Made by a program: the position numbers and the translations under genes
In this document: one piece after another, positions 19,500-29,276 of the stretch
Position numbering within the stretch: the first letter of the stretch is position 1
Layout of the letters: each line of letters opens with the position of its first letter
The notes under the pieces: model-generated
Database searches by the model: none
The model's input: only the letters and a program-made list of their open reading frames with translations
What the model was told of the DNA's origin: nothing
Assembly: GCA_963784045.1 (NCBI GenBank)
Contig: CAWAPZ010000011.1
Coordinates: 21,939 to 85,938, forward strand
Direction of reading: 5' to 3'
DNA length: 64,000 nt
From: Vicinamibacterales bacterium
GTDB taxonomy: Bacteria > Acidobacteriota > Vicinamibacteria > Vicinamibacterales > JAMQPK01

Positions 19500-19904
19500 C
19501 TAGCGCGAGAGAAACGTGCCGTTATCGAGGCGCGCGGCTGAGGAGGCCGGGGCATCGAGTGCTGGCGTGCACGGGCGATCGATGGTCCAACCTCGTTCCC
19601 CGGCATCACGCATGCCAAGCATCCCCGGGGTGAGGACGATCACGTGGACGGGAGCCTGCCCGGGGGAGTCGGAGGCCGCCGGCCGAGCATAGTTTTCGTG
19701 TGCCGGCGCCGGCGCCGGCGGCCGCGTGTCTCCTGCCGTATATCTGTGAAGCACCATCACGCCGAGCGCGACGGTCGCAATGGCGCCGACGATTTGCGCC
19801 ACGATTCGCCCCGCGAACGAGATCCATGCCGAACGGACCTTGTCCTGTTTCTTCTTCTTCTTCGTGGTCTCCCCGGAGGGTGCGGCGGGTTCTGCGTTGT
19901 CCAT
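19500..19904 (-). CDS. Hypothetical single-pass membrane protein
   Basis: Lys-rich N-terminus (TTKKKKKQDK) followed by the TM segment IVAQIVGAIATVALGVMVL. Confidence 0.45.
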   Translation of the reverse strand: MDNAEPAAPSGETTKKKKKQDKVRSAWISFAGRIVAQIVGAIATVALGVMVLHRYTAGDTRPPAPAPAHENYARPAASDSPGQAPVHVIVLTPGMLGMRDAGERGWTIDRPCTPALDAPASSAARLDNGTFLSR

Positions 19905-19975
19905 GCACCAGTTAACGTGTCGCCACGTTTTTTGAACACGCGTTCACATTGGACAGCTCCGTCGTTGACTCTCAT

Positions 19976-21139
19976 GTGCGTGCCATCGCCGCCCTCCTGC
20001 TCGTCGTCGCCGCTGCGGCCCCTGCCGCAGCACAGCAGCCTTCCGTGAAAGTGGGGGACTGGCTGCGCGTCGACTTCAGGGCCCGCTTTCAAGGGGACAT
20101 TCGTACGTCTGAGGCGCGGATACGCGGGGATGAGGACAGTGGGATGGACATCGCCCGCCGACGCGTCGGCATAGAAGGGCGCGTCTCCAATATCTTCAAC
20201 TATCAGGTTGAGTATGAGCTCGGCGAGCACGAGTGGCGCGACGTGTATCTCGACTATCGACAGTTCAAGGCTGTACAGGTGCGCGGCGGGGCCTTCAAAA
20301 TCCCGTTCGGGCTCGACGAGAACACGAGCCCCACCAATCTCGACTTCGTATATCGCGCGCGAGTCAGCGACCGACTCGCGCCGGGCCGCGATCGCGGGGT
20401 GTCAGTGCACGGCCGCCTGGTCAAGGGCCTGATTTCGTACGAAGGCGGCGTATTCACCGGAGATGGCGACAACGCGCGGCCGGGAACCAGCGCCCGCGTG
20501 TTTGGCAAGCGGACGATGGCCGCCCGTGTGCTGGCCCATCCATTCCATGGATCGAAGTCGTCCCTGTCGAGCTTGCAGTTCGGCGGCGCCGTCACCGGCA
20601 GCGACGTGCCGCTCGGGTTTCCGGCGATTCGCGCGCGGACGGTGTTTGGCGAGTCCTTTTACGACTCGAACGTATGGGTGTCCGGCCGCCGGCAACGCAC
20701 CGGGCTGGAGGTGCGTTGGCGGCCCCGACGGGTGTCGTTGCAAGCCGAGTACATCAGGCTGAGCGACGAGCGCCGCGGGCAAAGCGTCGAGGACGGCGAT
20801 CTGTCGCCACTCATCGCGCAGGGCTGGTACGCGAGCGGCACTTACGCCTTTACACGCAAACGCAATCGCTTCGGGCTTGTCGAAGGCGCTGCGCGGTACG
20901 AGACGCTCAGCTTCGGCACTCGAAGCAGAGGGCTGGAGCCGTCGACGAGCCCGCGCGCGGACGCCGTGCTCGGCAATATCGATCGTGCCGCGACACTCGG
21001 GGTGAACTGGGTGCCGAATCGTTGGGTGAAGCTCCAGGTCAATCTGATTCGAGAATCGATCGGGAGTCCGTCGATGGGCCCGAGTCCCGAACGGGCGGCG
21101 TTCTGGAGCCGGGTGTTCCGTTTACAGCTGACGCTGTGA
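19976..21139 (+). CDS. Phosphate-selective porin O/P (OprO/OprP) family outer-membrane protein
   Basis: GTG 19976 gives the signal peptide MRAIAALLLVVAAAAPAAAQQ. GIEGRVSNIFNYQVEYEL..WRDVYLDYRQF..GAFKIPFGLDENTS is typical of Porin_O_P. Confidence 0.75.
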   Translation: MRAIAALLLVVAAAAPAAAQQPSVKVGDWLRVDFRARFQGDIRTSEARIRGDEDSGMDIARRRVGIEGRVSNIFNYQVEYELGEHEWRDVYLDYRQFKAVQVRGGAFKIPFGLDENTSPTNLDFVYRARVSDRLAPGRDRGVSVHGRLVKGLISYEGGVFTGDGDNARPGTSARVFGKRTMAARVLAHPFHGSKSSLSSLQFGGAVTGSDVPLGFPAIRARTVFGESFYDSNVWVSGRRQRTGLEVRWRPRRVSLQAEYIRLSDERRGQSVEDGDLSPLIAQGWYASGTYAFTRKRNRFGLVEGAARYETLSFGTRSRGLEPSTSPRADAVLGNIDRAATLGVNWVPNRWVKLQVNLIRESIGSPSMGPSPERAAFWSRVFRLQLTL

Positions 21140-21149
21140 GGCACAACGC

Positions 21150-22325
21150 ATGATTCGCATGATGCTGCTGTTCGTGCTGCTCGTGCCCGCCGTGGCCCGC
21201 GCGCAGTCGTCCGATGAGCTCTTCAACAGCGGGGCGATTCACGAGATTCGCTTGTACGTCAACTCGCGCGATCTCGCGGAGCTGCGAGCGCGCTACCTCG
21301 ACGATGTGTGGGTCCCCGCGGATTTCGAGTGGCGGGGCAATCGCGTGCGCAATGTCGGCGTGCGGGTGCGCGGCCTTGGGACCCGCAGCGCTATCAAGCC
21401 GGGACTGCTCATCGACTTCAATCGTTTTTCCGCCGAACAGGCGTTCCTTGGGATGTCGGCTCTTGTGCTCGACAACGCGCTCAAAGACCCATCGCTGGTT
21501 CGCGAGCGCATCAGCATGGCGTTCATCAAGCGGATGGGGCAGCCCGCGCCGCGCGAGTCGTTCGGCCGTGTGTACATCAACGGTTCCTATGAAGGGCTGT
21601 ATGCGCTGGTCGAGGCGGTCGACAGCGCGTTTCTTGCGAGAGAGCTTGGCGACGGACTCGGCTATCTGTTCGAACACAAGTTCATCAACGGCTTCTATGC
21701 CGAGTTCCTTGGCGAGGATTACGATCCATACAGACTGCGCTTCGATGCAAAGACCCACGAGCTCGAGGGTGATTACACGTTGTACGCGCCGATTCGAGAG
21801 TTGTTCCGCGAGGTGAACCAGGAAGTCGACAGCGTGTGGCGGGAGCGCGTGAGCTGGTACGTCGATCTGCCCCAGTTGGTCACGCACGTGGCTATCGAGA
21901 CGTTTCTCGGGGAGTTCGACGGATTCCTGGGTGGCTCTGGAATGGCGAATTTCTATCTGTATCGCCCGGTCCAAACCAATGTGCATCGACTTATCGCCTG
22001 GGACAGGGACACGACGTTTCAAGATCCCGAATCGCCGCTCTTCGCTCGCGTAGGGGAGAACGCGCTCATGAGCCGGGCACTCAGGTTTGACGATCTTCGA
22101 AACCTCTTTCTGGATGTACTCGAAACTTGCGCGCGCTCGGCCGCGCAGGATCAGTGGCTTGCAAACGAGATCGCCGGGGCGCATCAACTCATTCGCGATG
22201 CCGCGTACGCAGACACGTCTAAGCCGTCGTCAAATGAGGAATACGAGATGGCGATCGCCCATCTCATGTCGTTTGCCCGGCGCCGCCCGGCATTTGTGCT
22301 CGACGAAGTCGCCAAATCTCGATGA
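21150..22325 (+). CDS. CotH kinase-fold family protein, secreted
   Basis: Signal peptide MIRMMLLFVLLVPAVARAQS. ..SLVRERISMAFIKRMGQPAPRESFGRVYINGSYEGLYALVEAVDSAFL.. matches the CotH core as I recall it. Confidence 0.7.
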   Translation: MIRMMLLFVLLVPAVARAQSSDELFNSGAIHEIRLYVNSRDLAELRARYLDDVWVPADFEWRGNRVRNVGVRVRGLGTRSAIKPGLLIDFNRFSAEQAFLGMSALVLDNALKDPSLVRERISMAFIKRMGQPAPRESFGRVYINGSYEGLYALVEAVDSAFLARELGDGLGYLFEHKFINGFYAEFLGEDYDPYRLRFDAKTHELEGDYTLYAPIRELFREVNQEVDSVWRERVSWYVDLPQLVTHVAIETFLGEFDGFLGGSGMANFYLYRPVQTNVHRLIAWDRDTTFQDPESPLFARVGENALMSRALRFDDLRNLFLDVLETCARSAAQDQWLANEIAGAHQLIRDAAYADTSKPSSNEEYEMAIAHLMSFARRRPAFVLDEVAKSR

Positions 22326-23221
22326 GAGCGCCGGTTCTTCTGTTTGCCGTCGGCGCCGCCGCCGTCGCGTGCGGCGCCGATTTCCGACCGCCGACGTCCC
22401 CCGGCGCGAACGACGTCCCGGTTCTGGTCGGTGCGGGGGACATCGCTGTGTGCGGCGCCGCTGGAGCGCTCGCGACAGGCAAGCTCCTGGACGGCGAGCA
22501 GGGGACTGTGTTTGTCGCCGGCGACATTGCCTATCCTGAGGGGACAGCTGAGCAATTCCGCAACTGCTACGATCCGGCATGGGGCCGGCACAAAGACCGC
22601 ACACGGCCGGCGCCAGGCAACCATGAATATGGCTCGCCGGGCGCAGCCCCCTATTTCGCGTACTTCGGCTCCAACGCGGGCCCGGCCGGCCTGGGCTATT
22701 ACATGTACCGGAAGGGTACCTGGCAGGTGTTCTCGCTCAACAGCAACGGTGATGCGATCGACACGCGGGTCCAGATCGATTGGCTTGGAAGAGAACTCGC
22801 CGCGGCCGGAGCGTCAACGTGCGCGGTTGCCTATTTCCATCATCCGATGTTCAGTTCCGGTCCCCACGGCGTGCTCCCGCCCATGCCGGTCGTGACCGAG
22901 TTCTGGAAAGTGCTGTACGCGGCGGGCGTGGATGTTGTCATTTCAGCGCACGAACATATCTACGAACGGTTCGCGCCGCAGTCGCCAAACGCCGCACCAG
23001 ACGCTCAGTACGGCATTCGCCAGTTCATCGTCGGAACCGGCGGCGCAGAGCTTACGCAGCCGGTGCGCCGCATTGCGAACAGCGAAACGGTGTTGACGAG
23101 GTTCGGCGTGCTGAGATTGACGCTGGCGCCGCAGTCGTATCGATGGGAGTTTCTGTCGGTAGATGGCGGCGCCGTTCTGGATTCGGGGACAGGCGACTGT
23201 CATGGGAGACCACCGCGATAG
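22322..23221 (+). CDS. Calcineurin-like metallophosphoesterase lipoprotein
   Basis: The ATGA overlap with the CotH stop indicates coupling. Lipobox is LFAVGAAAVAC. Motifs are GAGDIA, VAGDIAY, GNHEY and HHP..S. Confidence 0.8.
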   Translation: MRAPVLLFAVGAAAVACGADFRPPTSPGANDVPVLVGAGDIAVCGAAGALATGKLLDGEQGTVFVAGDIAYPEGTAEQFRNCYDPAWGRHKDRTRPAPGNHEYGSPGAAPYFAYFGSNAGPAGLGYYMYRKGTWQVFSLNSNGDAIDTRVQIDWLGRELAAAGASTCAVAYFHHPMFSSGPHGVLPPMPVVTEFWKVLYAAGVDVVISAHEHIYERFAPQSPNAAPDAQYGIRQFIVGTGGAELTQPVRRIANSETVLTRFGVLRLTLAPQSYRWEFLSVDGGAVLDSGTGDCHGRPPR

Positions 23222-23352
23222 ACGGGAGTCGACGCCTTTTTCACCGATGAATAGTCTATGACGTGCGGTTGGCGCGTGCAGTTGTGTGCAGCGCCGGGTA
23301 ATGCCTGTAACCTGCGCTACCGGAGCCATTTGTACGAGCCGAGAAGCTGTAC

Positions 23353-23553
23353 ATGCAGCGACGCCTGGCGGCTCATGACGTGCTCGACAAACATCGCATA
23401 GCCTGTCCGCGCTGCCGATGCCCCGAGGCTGTGGTCCTGATCGACGAGCTGTTCGAAGTCACATGGCAGTGCGTCGACTGCGAAAGCCGCTGGCCCGCGA
23501 GCGACGAAGAATCAGAGTTGCTGCTTGGACCGTCATTGAAGACGATTCACTAA
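23353..23553 (+). CDS. Small zinc-ribbon protein
   Basis: A 66-aa ORF with CPRC..(20 aa)..CVDC. Confidence 0.45.
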   Translation: MQRRLAAHDVLDKHRIACPRCRCPEAVVLIDELFEVTWQCVDCESRWPASDEESELLLGPSLKTIH

Positions 23554-23642
23554 CACAATCCAGCCCTTTCCCCGCCGACCCTTGCGTGCGACGCCGAGTG
23601 TGCAGCCCTAATACTTTCCGTGCAGAACCCGATAGATCTGGT

Positions 23643-23852
23643 ATGACGCGCATACGGATTGTTATTCGTTGGCCTCGCGTCCGGCTCAACGCGCAGGGAC
23701 GACGCTTTGTCGACTCCCTGGAATGCATGATCCGCGGGCACGACGGCAAGGTAATCTGCCGCGACGGGAGCATGTCCTTGCAGTGCGGACGATGCGGTCA
23801 CACCTCGCAGGGCTGGCACCTCGACGTGCGCCCGCCGGCGGCGCTCAGGTAG
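23643..23852 (+). CDS. Small Cys-rich hypothetical protein (doubtful)
   Basis: An internal ATG gives 69 aa containing C..H....C......CGRCGH. The surrounding region looks less GC-rich by eye. Confidence 0.25.
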   Translation: MTRIRIVIRWPRVRLNAQGRRFVDSLECMIRGHDGKVICRDGSMSLQCGRCGHTSQGWHLDVRPPAALR

Positions 23853-24002
23853 GGGAAAGCAGAACTCTCGTCCTCGCCAGCACACAAATCGGCTCGGGAG
23901 AATATTTTGTAGTTGGAGAACCGAAACCTCGCGATTCAGGCCTGAAACGCGTGCCTGCCTTGCTGGCTGGCGCGGCAGGCACGTTGCCCTCATGCATGCG
24001 CA

Positions 24003-24221
24003 ATGGACATCGCGTTTCTGCGTCGTGGCAATCGAGCGGATGACCCCGGCGACCCGGGCGATGCAGCAATTTCCGCGTATCCTGGCGATCCGGGTGACCC
24101 TTTCAATCCGAACGTGCCCATGCTGGAGAATCCCATAGTGCCGGCACCGGAACCCACCACACTCTTCCTGGTCGGCGGCGGCCTCGCCGCGATGGCGGCA
24201 CGGCGGCGGCGGAGGCGCTGA
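24003..24221 (+). CDS. Orphan PEP-CTERM sorting-signal tail (truncated or frameshifted small protein)
   Basis: The C-terminus VPAPEPTTLFLVGGGLAAMAARRRRRR has the PEP motif, a TM segment and an Arg cluster. GDPGD repeats lie upstream and this frame has no signal peptide. A signal-like peptide (V/M)PALLAGAAGTLPSCMRNGHRVSA sits in another frame from 23951. Confidence 0.45.
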   Translation: MDIAFLRRGNRADDPGDPGDAAISAYPGDPGDPFNPNVPMLENPIVPAPEPTTLFLVGGGLAAMAARRRRRR

Positions 24222-24231
24222 GCGCCGTACG

Positions 24232-24624
24232 ATGACCTCTTTTCTTCAGCCGCTGCTTCGTGAGCGGCACGACCGCCAGCGCATCGTCAACGTCAGGACT
24301 GGAAAGGTTGTGGCCGATCGACTGCTGACGGCGTTCGATTCCGAAACGAGACGCAAAGGGCTCCTTTCGCACACTTCGCTGCCGCCTTCGACTGCCATGG
24401 TGATCGCGCCGACTAACGCGATCCACACATTTTTCATGAAATTTCCGATTGACATCGTATTCGTCTCGAAGACCGGCCGCGTTTTGAAAGTCCGATCCGC
24501 TGTGCCCGCGTGGCGGATGACGGCGTCGTTGCGCGCGCACGCGGTGCTCGAGCTCGCCGCCGGTTCGCTGAGCAGTTCCGAAACTGAGGTCGGCGATCAA
24601 CTGATCGTGAGTTCCGGTCTGTGA
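24232..24624 (+). CDS. DUF192 domain protein
   Basis: 130 aa with ..GLLSHTSLPPSTAMVIAPTNAIHTFFMKFPIDIVFV..AHAVLELAAG. This is the typical DUF192 (COG1430) layout. Confidence 0.7.
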   Translation: MTSFLQPLLRERHDRQRIVNVRTGKVVADRLLTAFDSETRRKGLLSHTSLPPSTAMVIAPTNAIHTFFMKFPIDIVFVSKTGRVLKVRSAVPAWRMTASLRAHAVLELAAGSLSSSETEVGDQLIVSSGL

Positions 24625-24735
24625 CCTTCTAATACCGGGAGCGTCCGGTCAGCGCATGCTCAGTCTCTCTGCCATCGTGTGGCAGTATAGAGCGTTGCGT
24701 CGGGGATACAGACCTGGAAGAACAGGAAAAGCCAC

Positions 24736-25725
24736 ATGAGATATCGACAGCTGGGCAGGACCGGCCCTCGTGTTTCGGCAATCGGCCTTGGATGTATGGG
24801 CATGTCCGAGTTCTATGCGGGGCGAGACGATGAGGAGTCGATCAGGACTATTCATCGGGCCTTGGATCTGGGCGTCACGTTCCTCGATACCGCCGACATG
24901 TACGGACCGCACACCAACGAAATTCTGGTGGGGAAGGCCATCCGCGATCGTCGGGCCTCGGTCGTGCTGGCGACGAAATTCGGCAACGTGCGCGATGCCG
25001 CCGGCGCGCACGTGGGAGTAAACGGCTCGCCGGAGTACGTGCGCCAAAGTTGCGACGCGTCGCTGAAGCGGCTCGGTGCCGGCGTCATCGATCTGTATTA
25101 TCAGCATCGAGTCGACTTGAACGTGCCCATTGAGGAAACGATCGGCGCGATGTCAGAGCTGGTGCGCGCTGGGAAGGTGCGGTACCTGGGTATGTCCGAA
25201 GCGGCACCGGTCACGCTTCGTCGAGCAGCAGCGATCCATCCCATCACAGCGCTTCAGAGCGAGTACTCGCTGTGGACGCGTGACGTCGAGAATAACGGTG
25301 TGCTTTCCACCTGCCGCGAGCTCGGCATCGCCTTCGTTCCCTTCAGTCCGCTGGGCCGTGGATTTCTGACGGGGCGCTTCAAGGCGATGGCCGATGTGCC
25401 GGAAGATGACGTCCGCCGCACGTATCCGCGATTCCAGGCGGGAAACTTCGAAAGCAACATGGCGCTTGTCCGGAAACTCGAGCAGCTTGCCGAGGAGAAG
25501 CACTGCACACCGGCACAGCTCGCTCTGGCCTGGCTGTTGGCCAAGGGTGAGGACGTCGTCCCCATACCGGGATCGAAGCGCCGGTCGCGTGTGGAAGAAA
25601 ACGTCGGTGCTGCCGACATCTCGCTTAGCGTCGAAGATGTAGCCATGCTGGATGCGATCGCGCCACCCGGCGTCGCCGCCGGCGAGCGCTATCCCCCGCG
25701 ATCGATGGCGACGGTGTTCCGCTGA
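24736..25725 (+). CDS. Aldo/keto reductase
   Basis: [39 protein letters not shown]..; 329 aa. Confidence 0.9.
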   Translation: MRYRQLGRTGPRVSAIGLGCMGMSEFYAGRDDEESIRTIHRALDLGVTFLDTADMYGPHTNEILVGKAIRDRRASVVLATKFGNVRDAAGAHVGVNGSPEYVRQSCDASLKRLGAGVIDLYYQHRVDLNVPIEETIGAMSELVRAGKVRYLGMSEAAPVTLRRAAAIHPITALQSEYSLWTRDVENNGVLSTCRELGIAFVPFSPLGRGFLTGRFKAMADVPEDDVRRTYPRFQAGNFESNMALVRKLEQLAEEKHCTPAQLALAWLLAKGEDVVPIPGSKRRSRVEENVGAADISLSVEDVAMLDAIAPPGVAAGERYPPRSMATVFR

Positions 25726-25753
25726 CAGCACACCGCGGCGTTAGACTCTGCTC

Positions 25754-26968
25754 ATGAGGCCGAGGCGCGCCTTCGGCGCTGCCCTGTTTGAACGCGCCGC
25801 GGCGATTGATGCCGCCCTCCTGGCCGTACCCAATCGGGTCAAGTACCTCGTTGTCAGCTGTACGGTCATCGTCATGACCGCCGTCTCCATTCCCAACGTC
25901 CCTAGACAGTACTTCGACTATTCCCGCGTGCCGCTGCTCGTCGGTATCCAGCAACGCGAAACCTACGGCACCGATTCGATCTCCGACATGTACGGCGCCA
26001 AGGTCGTCCTGAACGACCCAAGCGACATGTTCACGAAGGCACGGCTGGCGCAGACGCCGCTGGAAGCCGCTACATGGTCGAAGGAAGCATCGGCCCCGTA
26101 TCCGCCGGCGGTATTGCTTGCGGAAGCCGGGCTTTATGCATTCGGCGAATGGTCCGGCATCGGTTTCTACGGAGTGATCCTCGGCCTCGCGCTCGTGTTT
26201 CTGTCTCTGTCGGGCTACTACTTTCTGAAGACTCGCTGGTACCTCTTTCCACTCCTGTATTTGAATTTTTCCTACTTCAGCTATCGCTTCGTGTACGTGC
26301 AGGACAACACCTATCTCGTCATGCTGGTCGTCATCATGGCCGCTCTCTTCCTGGCCCGCGCGAGGCGCGAGGCATGCCATGCGCTCATGGCGGTCGCCAT
26401 CATCATGAAGCTCGCGCCGCTCTACTACGTGAAGAACGTCCTGACGATGAACCGACGGACAGCTGTCGTGTTCGTCGCGATACTGCTCGCTGGTCTCGTG
26501 CTTCCCTATTTCCTGTGGGACAACTACTTGTACATCTACCGCTACGGCAACGACCTCAAGGGCGACTGGGCCTCGGCCGCGATGTCGCTCGTTTTCATGG
26601 TGCCGTTCTCGATCGTCCTTTGGTATGTGGAGGTGCGGCTCGATTTCGACGCCGAGGATCGTATCGGGTGGGGCCTGGTGCCCTTCGCGATGCTGCTTGG
26701 CCTCAAGATGAATTCGGCCCGACACCTGCTGATCGTCCTGCTCGTCCCGGACAAGCGCGGCATCCGTAACGTCGCGGCCGCGATCGGATTGGCGTTCCCG
26801 TTTCTCTTTCCGTCGCTCGTCGCGTTCAATTCCGCGCTGCTGATCAGCACGGCTGTCCTCTGCATCGGTTTGGTCTTTTACCTGGACCAAATCGGATGGG
26901 ACGTGGTCCGTGACGATTTCCGGCATCCCCGTCGCACCGCGAAGATGATCGTCAATGGAGTGTCATGA
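25754..26968 (+). CDS. Polytopic membrane protein, possibly a GT-C type glycosyltransferase (DUF2029/GT87-like)
   Basis: About 10 predicted hydrophobic segments rich in aromatic residues. The functional assignment is weak. Confidence 0.6.
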   Translation: MRPRRAFGAALFERAAAIDAALLAVPNRVKYLVVSCTVIVMTAVSIPNVPRQYFDYSRVPLLVGIQQRETYGTDSISDMYGAKVVLNDPSDMFTKARLAQTPLEAATWSKEASAPYPPAVLLAEAGLYAFGEWSGIGFYGVILGLALVFLSLSGYYFLKTRWYLFPLLYLNFSYFSYRFVYVQDNTYLVMLVVIMAALFLARARREACHALMAVAIIMKLAPLYYVKNVLTMNRRTAVVFVAILLAGLVLPYFLWDNYLYIYRYGNDLKGDWASAAMSLVFMVPFSIVLWYVEVRLDFDAEDRIGWGLVPFAMLLGLKMNSARHLLIVLLVPDKRGIRNVAAAIGLAFPFLFPSLVAFNSALLISTAVLCIGLVFYLDQIGWDVVRDDFRHPRRTAKMIVNGVS

Positions 26969-26971
26969 GGG

Positions 26972-27691
26972 TCAGTTGTTCGCAATCCTGATGTTGCCGA
27001 TGAACATCCGCTCATCCGCTGAATTGGCTGTATTGCCTTGCAAATCGAACACCAGGGCGTCGAACTGGACGCCGGGCGGGATGCCTTTCTCGAACTCGGC
27101 GACTTTGGTCTGGCCGACGAACACCTGCAGCAGGTCGCCCTTCTTTTTGAGCGTCACACTGACGCGGTTGATCGCGGCATTGTTCGAGAATCCGGGCGCC
27201 GCCACCCACTTAGACCGGCTCATGTAGCCTTCCGGCGCACCCGGGAACTGGCCCTCGATTTCGACCTCGCCATCCCGGCCGCCGAAACCGGGACGGATCT
27301 TCACGGCGAGAAACGACGTCGTTGTCCCGGCCGTCCTGGACAGCTTGAGGGTCAGGCCCTTGGCGCCCCATCGATAGGCCTGCGCGGCGACCACGTCGTA
27401 GCTCAGATCGAAGTCACGCGGCAGGGGCGTCTTCAACTGCGTCGCCGTCAGAGTGTAGTAGCTGGCCTGCATCCAGTTGGCAAAGAGACGCGCGATGGAG
27501 AGCTGCGCGGGCGAGTACACGCGCGCGTCCACCGTGATTGGCGCCGTGGCGGGTGGGTAGTCGTAGACCTTGATCCACCCGAGGACCTGGTCCTCGAGTT
27601 GACTCGCGGGGATCGGCTGGCGGGACTAGGCTTCCCCGACCATCGACCACACCAAGACCAACGCACCGATCAACGCCGCACGCGCTCTCAT
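26972..27691 (-). pseudogene. Secreted hypothetical protein interrupted by an in-frame TAG after the signal peptide
   Basis: ATG 27691 gives MRARAALIGALVLVWSMVGEA, then TAG (27628-27626), then in frame SRQPIPASQLEDQVLGWIKVYDYPPATAPITV and the track ORF 26972..27532. Confidence 0.65.
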
Positions 27692-27863
27692 GGTTGTGAC
27701 TTCTCAGGGCGGCGCGGAACGAGATTGCGGCCCGCGAGAGGGAGCCTACGGGACGGTTGGGGCAAAGTCAATAAACGAGCGTTCATATTGTCCGTCTCTG
27801 TCGTTCACTCTCCTGTGCGGACGACAGGCAGCGTAACCTATTACAAAATGGAGGCTCCCCCCA

Positions 27864-29217
27864 ATGAGTGTCTTCCTGCGTCGAAACGTCGCTTCGGTGT
27901 GTTTGTTAGTAGCTAGTCTTCTTCCGTCCCAGGCCCGTGCGCAGAACTGGAGCTTCGACGCCCGGGCGGTTGGGCTTGGAGGAGTAGGCTCGACCAGCAA
28001 CGTCGCGGTCGACATGGTCGACGAGCAGAGGCCGTATCGCGCGATAGTGCTGCCGTTCGGATTGTTTCAGGTGATTCCGAATCTCCCGAAGCTCAATCCG
28101 ACCAGCGACGAGTTCGATCTGGTCCGCGCGATCGAATACAGCGCGAGCCCGATTCACTTCATCATCGGGCGCGACGACACCGCGACCGCCTCTGCGTTCC
28201 TCACAGATCTTCGGAATGGCGATCTCAGCCGCGATCTGAACAACTATCGGGGATTTTCGCCGGCGACGAGCGCGTCAGCTGAAGGTCTGGCGTCGCCGAA
28301 CTGGGGGTACACGTTCAAGCTGAGTCAGAAACCCAATGGGTCGTTCCACGGTATTTACGCGGGCGCCGGTCCGTACTTCTCGATGCAGACGTCGGCCGAG
28401 ATCGATCCTGCGCTGGCAGCCGTGTTTTCGAGCCCGACGCCGGTCTACACACCGAACACCAGCTATTACATGTCGAACGATACCCTCAGTCAGTTCGCGC
28501 TGGCGGTGACCGGCGGGTACCGCGGGCGCATCAGCCGTGCGGGAGGAGGGGAGCTCGACGGTCTCTACATCGGAGCGAACTATCACTATCTTCACGGCTT
28601 CCAGTACCGAGCATTTCGAGCCCAAGGCGAGACTCGATACGAACGCGAACGGTATGCTGACTGTCAATCTCAGCCAGGGGGTGCCGGTCTCGATCCTTCG
28701 TCACACGTCGTCGCAGGGGAGCGGCTTTGCGATCGACATGGGCGTCTCCGGGGTTATCGATCGCTGGGAGGTGGGCATCGGCATCAACGGAATTGCCAAT
28801 CGCATGGACTGGACAGGTGTCGAGCGGACCGACTACGTTCTCGACAGCCTCTTCTCCGGTGGCGACTTCGTCGATCTTCCCAGGACTTCAACTGGTGACG
28901 CACGCGTTGAGCTCCCGGTGGACATCCGTGCCAATGGCGCGTACAACGCCGACGTATGGACGGGCATCGTGGAATACGGCCATGGTTACAACGGCACGAG
29001 CGTCCGCGCCGGATACGAGCACCGGTTCAACCGGCTCCAGCTTCGCGGCGGCGGACGCTACATCAACGATCGCTGGGAACCGACTGGCGGCGTCGGGTTC
29101 AATTTGTCGCAAGGGTTTGGCGTCGATGTCGCGGCATTCGGGACGAGCGCCAATCTGGAACGGAAACGTCACGTGGCAATCGCCGTATCGCTGCGGCTCA
29201 TGCACCGGAATCCATAA
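27864..29217 (+). pseudogene. Outer-membrane beta-barrel-like protein, frameshifted near 28605-28609
   Basis: Signal peptide ..LLPSQARAQN. Frame 1 makes sense up to ..GANYHYLHGFQY. The protein then continues in ORF 28537..29217 as EHFEPKARLDTNANGMLTVNLSQG..AIAVSLRL. One extra base lies at ttccagtaccgagc. Confidence 0.7.
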
Positions 29218-29227
29218 TCACGCTGAG

Positions 29228-29262
29228 GACGATCAGGAAGATCTCCGGAATTCCTGATCGTC
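29228..29262. terminator. Perfect 12-bp hairpin between convergent genes
   Basis: gacgatcaggaa (29228-29239) pairs with ttcctgatcgtc (29251-29262) across an 11-nt loop. No clear U-tract. Confidence 0.45.
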
Positions 29263-29276
29263 TGAACCCGACACCA

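Noticed and set aside
25625-26926. 433-aa minus-strand ORF
   Set aside because: It is antisense to the polytopic membrane protein gene. It is extremely charged (Asp/Arg/His/Glu) with no motifs.
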